From: Bdellovibrionota bacterium | GTDB taxonomy: Bacteria > Bdellovibrionota_C > UBA2361 > JBGSMV01 | Direction of reading: 5' to 3' | Assembly: GCA_041739995.1 (NCBI GenBank) | Contig: JBGSMV010000016.1 | Coordinates: 1 to 64,000, forward strand | DNA length: 64,000 nucleotides | Part shown: positions 56,473 through 64,000 of the stretch, in pieces | Numbering within the stretch: position 1 is the first letter of the stretch | How the letters are laid out: the number at the start of each line of letters is the position of its first letter | Program-made: the position numbers and the translations under genes | The notes under the pieces: model-generated | Databases searched by the model: none | The model's input: the letters and a program-made list of their open reading frames with translations, nothing else | Told to the model about the DNA's origin: nothing

Positions 56473-58715
56473 CAGACCCTCCTTGTAAGCACCGCGAACG
56501 CAGACGAGGGATTCAGGTAACCGAGAAATCGTTTCCACTTCGGTAGTGGTAATGTGGCCACAGAGACTTTTGCTGCTTTAGAGAGCTGACTGAGCACTGA
56601 GGGGAGCACGGAGGGATCATAGACTGAGCGCACAAGCATGTCTGTTTCCGGTAGCGGATCAGAGCCAATTTCTTTAGCTAGGCGTGCGCGGAACTCGTGA
56701 CGAGTTTCTCCCCCGGAACGTCGAAACCCAAGATCATATAGTAGCGCTTGGGTCGATCGGTGGCGCAGTTGCAGGCTTCGTAGTGGGTCCCTCGCGAGAC
56801 GCCAGCCTGAAAGCAGAAGAACTTTTACCAAAGCTAAAAACACCAAGAGTCCGGCGATGGCGCCTGCTGGGTACTTCCAGTCAGGGGGGGAGAAAAACGG
56901 CTCTTCCTGAATTCCTGCTTCGTCAGCAGCAACATCTTTAGGAAGAATCTCTTCAGTTGGCCCGACCATTCCCATCAGCTCTTCAAGCGTCTTCATATCG
57001 ACTGGGGATTCACCGTGGTTTTCTACCTGTTGTGGCTGCGGGTCGAACGGGATCCAGCCTCGACCTGCGATGTAAACCTCCGACCAGGCATGACGGTCAT
57101 TCATGCGCAGTAGAATGTGGCCATCTCGCGCTTGGCTAAGGTCGGTAAGATATCCGGTTCCTATGCGAGCAGGAATGCCGAGTGCTCGGTAGAGGTAGAC
57201 CATGGCGTGTGCAAAGTGCACGCAGTAACCCCGCATGTCTCCAAAGAGAAATGCGGCGACAGGATCCTCGTCGGGTGCCATCTCGTGACCGGGAGTCAAA
57301 GTGTAAATGGCGTGCTCTGAAAACCATTGATTGACCAAAAACAAACGCGCAATAGGGTCTGTCGTGTCGCCCACTATTTTTCTTGCAAGTTCCTCGTAAC
57401 GCTTGTCGGGATGAGGGGTAAGATAGTGAGCCTTGGTCTCCTGATCCCAATCAGGATCGCCGACTTCACCACCAGCAAGTTCTTGCAGAGCGAAGCCTGG
57501 AGCTACCGAATATGCTTTATAAGCAGAGTTGAATCTTCCTGGATTGGGGTTTTTGAGTTGTCGTATTTCCAGAGGAAAATCTATGGCGAAAGCTGTTTTA
57601 TGCTCGGCCAGGAGAAATACGGACTGTACCAGTGGTGTTCGACTAAGTAATCGCGTGTCTGGTTCCGTAGAGTAGGACTCATCAGGACGAGATCGATTTA
57701 CGTCGGTATCGTACCGAGCCGGTGCGATCACCATCTCGTTTCCACTAAATCCGCTCAGTGCAGATTCTCTGAAATAGAGCATCGGGGAAAATGGATTCTG
57801 TGCGTAGTCGCCTTCGAGCCGCACCAGAGCTGACGGTTGAGAGTTTTTGCCGAGAGAAGAGTGAAACCCTAATGGTGAGAGCTCCTCTTTGTCTTCTTGA
57901 CCCACACCCATCATGGTGACTGAGCCACCTGCAATTTTTGAAAATGCTGCGAAGGTGGCGTACCCGATACCGTAGAGCAGCGAGGCTAGTACCACCGTCA
58001 CCGTTGCTCCTCGTAGTGACCACCCAGAAGTGTGATGAACGTTGAAATTTTTAAAACTACCGTCGTTGAGTCTTGTTGCTTCAGGGCGACCCGGGGGAGA
58101 GGAGAGTAATAGAAAACCAAACAGAGCGGCGACGACCGCTACTCCTACCGCGACAAGCATGGCTATCGGTGACCAGCCAAGTGACCAGGCCAGGGCGTGT
58201 ACCGCCGAAGGTTGATCAAGCTTTAGACCGCGGTGACCTGAAAGCAAATGAATGGTGGCCCAGACTAGTGCGAGTACCTCGAGTGTGAGCGCATGTTTCG
58301 TTCGCCAAAACAGCCAGGTGGTGGCGGCAGCAAGTAGCGCACCGATGCAGACGATATCAAGGTGAAGCTCGAATGCAGAAAGTGCAAGGGAGCCGTTGAG
58401 AAAACTAGGAGGAACGAATCCTATTCCCCACCAGAACCCTGAATAGGCCAGGTAGGTGCCTCCCAACAACGTGGCGAAGCCAAGCGAAGTGAGGCGACTA
58501 AACGCCAAAGTTGAGGCTACGAGCACTCCGACGCAAGTACCCGCCGACACCACCAGGGGAGAAGTGCCGATTTCAAAAATACGGTTTAGAAAGTGAACTA
58601 GTATTCCAATGAACAGACAGCGAAGTAGTGCGACAAGCACGAGTCGTCGTCGTTCGCCCTTACCGAGGGAACCAAAATCAATAAAATGTGCGAGAAATGA
58701 AAAACCTTTGCCCAT
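56469..58715 (-). CDS. Membrane-anchored transglutaminase-like protein
   Basis: N-terminal TM bundle; triad GYCVHFA / HAWSE / FDP. Confidence 0.9.
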   Translation of the reverse strand: MGKGFSFLAHFIDFGSLGKGERRRLVLVALLRCLFIGILVHFLNRIFEIGTSPLVVSAGTCVGVLVASTLAFSRLTSLGFATLLGGTYLAYSGFWWGIGFVPPSFLNGSLALSAFELHLDIVCIGALLAAATTWLFWRTKHALTLEVLALVWATIHLLSGHRGLKLDQPSAVHALAWSLGWSPIAMLVAVGVAVVAALFGFLLLSSPPGRPEATRLNDGSFKNFNVHHTSGWSLRGATVTVVLASLLYGIGYATFAAFSKIAGGSVTMMGVGQEDKEELSPLGFHSSLGKNSQPSALVRLEGDYAQNPFSPMLYFRESALSGFSGNEMVIAPARYDTDVNRSRPDESYSTEPDTRLLSRTPLVQSVFLLAEHKTAFAIDFPLEIRQLKNPNPGRFNSAYKAYSVAPGFALQELAGGEVGDPDWDQETKAHYLTPHPDKRYEELARKIVGDTTDPIARLFLVNQWFSEHAIYTLTPGHEMAPDEDPVAAFLFGDMRGYCVHFAHAMVYLYRALGIPARIGTGYLTDLSQARDGHILLRMNDRHAWSEVYIAGRGWIPFDPQPQQVENHGESPVDMKTLEELMGMVGPTEEILPKDVAADEAGIQEEPFFSPPDWKYPAGAIAGLLVFLALVKVLLLSGWRLARDPLRSLQLRHRSTQALLYDLGFRRSGGETRHEFRARLAKEIGSDPLPETDMLVRSVYDPSVLPSVLSQLSKAAKVSVATLPLPKWKRFLGYLNPSSAFAVLTRRVW

Positions 58716-58720
58716 GATTC

Positions 58721-60094
58721 TTAAAGGATAACCTCCCAACCGCGTTGTGCACAAAGCCCCAGAAACTTCTTGTAGGCAGCTGGGTCGGCTCCTTGAGAAG
58801 CCTCGGTTTTGTGAATAAAGAGAGAGCTCAGACGTGGCGTTGCACCGGATCGAGAGTGAAATATTCCGGAGCCTTTGGAAATGACTAGCACTGGCTGGGT
58901 CCCATCCTTTGACAGGGAATCCAGGGCTGCAACTATGTGCTGACTAAGTTCGGGAGCACCCGCCCTTCTCTCAGAGAGAAATACCACCACCTTATCGATT
59001 CGCGAGTCTTGGACTGAAGACCGAATAGTAGAGAGGAGGGTGGCAAGTTCGATTTGAAGAGAGTTTGAGGACGAGGGATATTCTGCGCTATGTGCATCAG
59101 TCGACGCATCCCAAACGCTCTCAACTAGAAGTCGCAGAAAGTTCTGCGAGGACCGAGTGATACTTCTCTCGCGGCGTCCTTCGCATCCACACCAAAGCTC
59201 CAAGTCCAGTTCTTCAATCATACGAGAGAAATGCACCGCTTCGGCACACACCGCATCCTCGTGCTTGTTCGCTATTACAAAACAAACGACCTGTCCTTCG
59301 GGGGACACGGCGCGTTCGGGATGGCGAGAGATAAGTTCGCCGCGTTTTGCAAAAACTTTCCAGAGCACGCGCTTCATGCCGTCGGAGGGATGGTACTGTT
59401 TGAGATCGAAGAGATCTCCTTGACGCTCAAGTAAGTCACTGACGGCATCTCCAGACCGAACCGCAGAGGTCATCACTGGAAGGTTTCTCTCGGGGTGCTG
59501 AGCTGGCAGGACATCAACTCGGGCGGTGCGGGCTGACTCATGGTCACGCCAAGCGATGCTGCTTAGTCCTGCAAGGTCACCGGTTCTAAATTGGTAGTGT
59601 TGTACTTGCCAGATACCGCGATGAGGAAAGCGAATGTCTTCCACCAGAATACGATCATCAGAGGTGCTTCCTACTAAAGTGTGCTGGGCACATGGCAGGG
59701 CAGAATTGAAGGAAAGTTCTGTCTCGACTGTAGTAAATGGGAAAACGTTGAATGGACTAAGACGCACTACCACTCGAGTCAGAAGCCCTGCGGTGGGAGT
59801 GGCAGCTTCCGGGGAGAAGGAGTCGGCGTTAAAGCGCACTTGAAGGTTTCTTTGAATTGAGCGGGCCTGAATGAGCGTGGCACTTGCGAATCCTAGCACT
59901 AGAGCGATTAGGCTGTAGCCGATCACCGAAGCGACCATATCGTTGTCGTTTCGTGCAGGAATGAGAACCAAGAAAAGTCCCAACGATAGGAACAGCAGCC
60001 CCCTGGTGGTGAACGGCAGGGCATGAAGAACGCGTGCCCCGGTTGCGGGAAGCCAGCGTGCTTCGTTTGGGACAGTCTGTGTCGTAGAATTCAT
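58721..60094 (-). CDS. DUF58-domain protein
   Basis: F.HRG, D..GL, V.V.P and GD.FDLKQY.P.D.MKRV.WK..AK.GEL. Confidence 0.88.
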   Translation of the reverse strand: MNSTTQTVPNEARWLPATGARVLHALPFTTRGLLFLSLGLFLVLIPARNDNDMVASVIGYSLIALVLGFASATLIQARSIQRNLQVRFNADSFSPEAATPTAGLLTRVVVRLSPFNVFPFTTVETELSFNSALPCAQHTLVGSTSDDRILVEDIRFPHRGIWQVQHYQFRTGDLAGLSSIAWRDHESARTARVDVLPAQHPERNLPVMTSAVRSGDAVSDLLERQGDLFDLKQYHPSDGMKRVLWKVFAKRGELISRHPERAVSPEGQVVCFVIANKHEDAVCAEAVHFSRMIEELDLELWCGCEGRRERSITRSSQNFLRLLVESVWDASTDAHSAEYPSSSNSLQIELATLLSTIRSSVQDSRIDKVVVFLSERRAGAPELSQHIVAALDSLSKDGTQPVLVISKGSGIFHSRSGATPRLSSLFIHKTEASQGADPAAYKKFLGLCAQRGWEVIL

Positions 60095-60386
60095 CTAAAT
60101 CCGTATGCTCCTAAAAGGAGCAGTAAGTTAGTTCGATTCTAGAGTATCGAAGCGCTTCAACTTCGGCGCAAATCGAAATTGTGAGTCGCCTTAGTGATCG
60201 TGCTTCTCGTGTAGCATGATCTCAGGAAAGCCCCTGGAGGCCAAGCAGGGGCCACCAGGGGACTTTCTAGGGGCGACAGCTATTTCAAGTCGCATCGTCA
60301 CGCGGTTTTTGAGGGGATTTTCCTATGATACGGGACCTGCTCATCGTTCCATAACTGTCTGAGAGAGCTACACAATTAGTAATTTT

Positions 60387-61595
60387 ATGAGACCAGGACA
60401 AGGTAAAGAAGGGTGCGGATCTTCCCGCAAAACTCGCCCCCAAGATGCTTCGCAACCTGGGTTGTTTGAGGCACTCGCGACCCCGAAATCTTCAGATGAA
60501 ACGGCTGCGCACACTTCTTTGCCTAAAGTGACTGAGGTGACGAAGGCGCCGCCAGCGGCCTCAAATGAACTGCGAAAGGCGAAAGTTCTAGAACTTGTCG
60601 ATCCTGAGCAGTTGGCTACGGTACTACGCGGAGGACAGTTTCTGTCCACACTGCCACTCAGATTCAGTCCTGAGTACGAAACTGATCTTCTTGAACGACT
60701 GGCCCGTGTTGAAGCCGCCGCCAAAGTGCGGCCTGTCATTCCCGGCTACGGGCCGACCGGCATTTCGCAATCACACGATAATGAACTGAAAATGCATGAA
60801 GCTTTGAAGCTGCTCGCAGAGCGAGTGGGGCCAGTAGCTTTGCTCGATAGGATATTGATCGAGCGGGTAAATACATACGAAAAGCGCGGTGGCGTGGACA
60901 ACCGCTATCTGGCGCGCATGTTTCGTGACGAAGGTTTGGATCGGGGGCGCAAGCTTGGGCCGTTTGTGCAAGCTGTATATATCCCCAAAGGGAGCTCGTT
61001 GACCCCGGGCTCCATCGACCGCAAGCGACACCCCTTTCTTCTTGCTCAAGGCCAGCTGGTTGCCCCAGAGCATCCCAAGGAAACGGCGCTTCGAGCACTG
61101 GTCGAGAATGCGAGCGCCCTTAAGAACGGCGGTCGTGTGTTAGTTATTTGTGAAAATGGCGCGACCAATAAGTATCTCGCGGAGAAGTCGCTGACGTGGG
61201 AGCGAGTGAGCACGGGGCTGAGAGCCCTAACAAAGGAGTCTCAGCGAGCGTCTATTGCCCGCGCGGAAGGAGCCTACATGCAAGCAGATCGATCAATCGA
61301 AGTGCTTGTATTGCGGCCGGAACAACTCAAAGGCCTGCATTCCCAGGGCGTGAGCGCGCTACATGCTGCCATGGTTGTGGTGCATAGCCTCGGAGTTAAT
61401 CCGAAGACCGAAGATTTGAAACTGCCCGGCTGCTCAGAGCTTCCGATGTTGTACACCAAGCAGGTAGTCCAGCTTTCAACCACTGAGCATACGAAGAACC
61501 TCAAGAAACCAGGCTACGATCCGCTCAATTTAAAACATGTGATTGACGACGCCGGCTCAGAAGCGCCTGAAAAACCCCGCTATTGGGACAGGTAA
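60387..61595 (+). CDS. Hypothetical protein, possible degenerate helicase C-terminal (RecA2) domain
   Basis: 402-aa ORF; EHPKETALRALV....RVLVIC resembles the HPK..L...RV+VF helicase-C start. Confidence 0.55.
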   Translation: MRPGQGKEGCGSSRKTRPQDASQPGLFEALATPKSSDETAAHTSLPKVTEVTKAPPAASNELRKAKVLELVDPEQLATVLRGGQFLSTLPLRFSPEYETDLLERLARVEAAAKVRPVIPGYGPTGISQSHDNELKMHEALKLLAERVGPVALLDRILIERVNTYEKRGGVDNRYLARMFRDEGLDRGRKLGPFVQAVYIPKGSSLTPGSIDRKRHPFLLAQGQLVAPEHPKETALRALVENASALKNGGRVLVICENGATNKYLAEKSLTWERVSTGLRALTKESQRASIARAEGAYMQADRSIEVLVLRPEQLKGLHSQGVSALHAAMVVVHSLGVNPKTEDLKLPGCSELPMLYTKQVVQLSTTEHTKNLKKPGYDPLNLKHVIDDAGSEAPEKPRYWDR

Positions 61596-61613
61596 AGCCC
61601 CAAGAGCCACGCC

Positions 61614-62798
61614 CTATAATATTGGCTGTCGAGCAACTGCAGTTTCGGGAAACGAATCTGCATGGGCAACCGCTGCTGAAATTGCGCTGTCGAACTCGCT
61701 GGCGCCAAATCTCCACAGACGTGCAATTGAGAAGTTAGCGAAGAACACTTTTATGGTATCGAGTGACTTCCAAAAATTTTCAGAGAACTTCTCAGTGAAT
61801 GTTGGCGCTCGTTGTTGGGACTCGCTCTCGTCCTTTAGTGATCGGTGCGCTTTAAACAGAAACTGAGAGCCGTTCAAAATAGTGGCTTTTACTTCGTTAT
61901 TTGGATTGTTGGACTGTGGTCCGTCATGATGAAGATAGTAGCTAAGCTCGAAGAGTCGAAAGAGACGCTCGGTTCCGTCAGCCCCCTGGAGCTGTGGGCC
62001 GACGCGTCTCTCATAATTATACAAGTAGTGCGCAACTCCTGCTTCAGCATTTCTCCAAGGATCCATGCAATCTGATTGTGGAAGCGCGAAGGTCTCTCCA
62101 GTTGCTTTTACAAACTGAAACAGCCCACAAGCAGTGGTAGTTGATGCGCGAGCCATTGGGTTGAATCCGGATTCAATATCGGCGATTGCAAGCAGTACCG
62201 CTTGATCGTCGATTGAAAGCCCTGCCTTCCTCGAGTGAAACAGAATCGCCCTTACCGATTCGCGTTGCGCCCAGACCGGCGCACCGACTCGTAGAAACTC
62301 TCTAGTGGATCCGCGGTTGACCTCATCAGAGTCGTACTCTCTGGTAAATCGCGAGCCTTCAATAACTTTATCAATCGTCTGGTCGGAGATTTTGCCAAGA
62401 ATCATCTGGGAATGAATCTCAGAACCTGTGACCACCACAAGTGCCAGTAGTACCACCATGCTGATGTTGAGAAGTACATGAAGCGGATGCTTCACCCCGT
62501 ACCAGCACATGCCCTTGGTAAGAAACCAGAGGAGAGAAAGTGAGCTCGCAATAGTGAGAGAGAAAAAGCGGAGAAAATCTGAAAGCGGAGTGCTCTGGGG
62601 TAGGGGTTCAACGCGAATATGTTCTTCGACAACGGCATCAGAGTCGACCACTACTATGTGGTTAGTAGGGAGCGTCTGGGAGTCTGCGGCTTGGGCGCTC
62701 TCCGCTGAATTACTTTGCGCAGAATGACTCGGCGCAGAAGACACCTCCTCCGATCTCGCCTCCGGGCGACTTCGCTCAAGCTTTACTACATTGCTCAT
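61614..62798 (-). CDS. Membrane-anchored lytic transglycosylase (SLT domain)
   Basis: IESGFNPMA...A.GLFQF...T...DP..N..AG..YL; two N-terminal TM segments. Confidence 0.88.
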   Translation of the reverse strand: MSNVVKLERSRPEARSEEVSSAPSHSAQSNSAESAQAADSQTLPTNHIVVVDSDAVVEEHIRVEPLPQSTPLSDFLRFFSLTIASSLSLLWFLTKGMCWYGVKHPLHVLLNISMVVLLALVVVTGSEIHSQMILGKISDQTIDKVIEGSRFTREYDSDEVNRGSTREFLRVGAPVWAQRESVRAILFHSRKAGLSIDDQAVLLAIADIESGFNPMARASTTTACGLFQFVKATGETFALPQSDCMDPWRNAEAGVAHYLYNYERRVGPQLQGADGTERLFRLFELSYYLHHDGPQSNNPNNEVKATILNGSQFLFKAHRSLKDESESQQRAPTFTEKFSENFWKSLDTIKVFFANFSIARLWRFGASEFDSAISAAVAHADSFPETAVARQPIL

Positions 62799-62873
62799 AT
62801 GCCTGCTCCTAACTCCCTGCTCGTCGTTATCGCGAGACTCGAGCGGCGCGTATCAGAGAAATTCGGAGCAGGG
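62799..62873 (-). promoter_or_regulatory. 5' leader hairpin sequestering the SD of the SLT gene
   Basis: CCUGCUCC pairs with GGAGCAGG (contains the SD), extended by AAUUUCUCUG/CAGGGAGUU. Confidence 0.55.
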
Positions 62874-63130
62874 CGCCAACTATCTGGATATACAATGAAA
62901 AATTTCAGAGCCACCAAGGTCTGAACGCCAAGTCACATTAATTTATGACGGGGTATCTAGAGATGGGCTCTCTGTGACTTGGGGGCGGGTATGGGACTGG
63001 CCCCCATAGTCGCTCCAGCCTAATTATGCGCATTTGAGCTCGATCAGCCCAAAACGAAAGCTCGTAGCTCATATGAGCGGCTATTTGCTGGTGCGTGACG
63101 GAACCCTCCCTCTGCAGATATAGTAGCCCT

Positions 63131-63973
63131 ATGCGAGATGAACGTCTTACTCGAATTGCGCTAAAGGAGCGCCTTTACCGACGGCGTTTTTTGGTACCGA
63201 ATGCGGTGACGCTCGCGAACATGTTCTGTGGGTTCCTTGCTTGCTTGTATGCGTCTCAAGGAAAGTTTGAAAAAGCGGCGCTCGCGATAGGGTTTGCCAT
63301 TCTACTGGACGGGCTTGATGGCAGAGTTGCCAGAAAGCTTAAGGCAACGTCCAAGTTTGGACTTGAGTTCGATTCATTCTCAGACCTGACCTCGTTTGGA
63401 ATCGCCCCAGCTATTCTGATTTACCATTGGAGCTTGAAGCCGGTCGCGGATCAGTTTGGCGTCTTTATTTGTTTCATTTATGCGGTATGCGCGGCGAGTC
63501 GTCTGGCGCGCTTTAACATCGCAGATCAAAACATGAAATCCTTCACTGGTCTCCCGACTCCTGGTGCGGCGGCCTTGGTGGGTGCATTAGTAAATTTTGC
63601 GCCTGCGATTGGCTCATCAGTGGCGCACGCGGTCGTTGGATCCTGTGTGATGGTGAGTCTCGGATTCCTGATGGTCTCGCAGGTTGAGTTCTTCTCGATA
63701 AAAACCGTTCAAATGAAGTCGTTCGGCATTTTTGCAAGAATTTTGGTTGCGGGGTCCATCGCGTTGCTTTGGTATAACTCAGGGGTTGGTTTTCTCGCAC
63801 TGGCTGGAGTCTATGTACTCAGTGGTCCAATTCAATTTGTCCGAAGTAGGTATTGGCCTCGACCTCAAGAGGCTGAGTCTTCGCCTGATGGCTTTCATGG
63901 CGCATCTGCGCCGACTTCCACGGGCAAAGCCGAGTCCACTGAAAACAAGCTCACCGAGAGTAATCTGAATTAG
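63131..63973 (+). CDS. pssA: CDP-diacylglycerol-serine O-phosphatidyltransferase
   Basis: PNAVTLAN, DGLDGRVAR...S.FG.EFDSFSD..SFGIAPA, RLARFN and F.GLPTP. Confidence 0.95.
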   Translation: MRDERLTRIALKERLYRRRFLVPNAVTLANMFCGFLACLYASQGKFEKAALAIGFAILLDGLDGRVARKLKATSKFGLEFDSFSDLTSFGIAPAILIYHWSLKPVADQFGVFICFIYAVCAASRLARFNIADQNMKSFTGLPTPGAAALVGALVNFAPAIGSSVAHAVVGSCVMVSLGFLMVSQVEFFSIKTVQMKSFGIFARILVAGSIALLWYNSGVGFLALAGVYVLSGPIQFVRSRYWPRPQEAESSPDGFHGASAPTSTGKAESTENKLTESNLN

Positions 63974-64000
63974 CTTCTTGCTACGCGTGCGGTGTTTTAG

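Noticed and set aside
1..64000. CRISPR array, cas genes, prophage, rRNA
   Set aside because: No repeat-spacer periodicity or recognisable cas, phage or rRNA sequence was seen.

Overview
Bacterial chromosomal window of roughly balanced GC content. The gene set (DUF1329-like, DUF6178-like, HDOD, SspB-like, VirB2-like pilin) suggests a deltaproteobacterial/Bdellovibrionota-like lineage; that is inference only. It mostly carries scattered housekeeping genes (mltB, holA, tRNA-Phe, rsmE, metF-like, nuoI, parC-parE, tkt, rpiA, skp, fumC, infC, murI, pssA) mixed with envelope modules: four GT-C-type membrane glycosyltransferases plus a GT2, VKOR-DsbA, a DUF6502-DUF5666 operon and a DUF58-transglutaminase-TPR-MoxR-pilin cluster. 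The left edge is the end of an IS3-family element that truncates a secreted-protein gene. The most notable non-ORF signals are (i) a complete ~100-nt sigma54-type sRNA unit (promoter, two hairpins, anti-SD linker, U-tract) at 19743-19866, (ii) a two-state SD-sequestering leader on a lytic transglycosylase gene that is also complementary to that sRNA, (iii) a co-oriented DnaA-box cluster at 28620-28675, and (iv) two monocistronic orphan genes with long leader hairpins. All family calls are from motif recognition by eye; no searches or folding programs were run.
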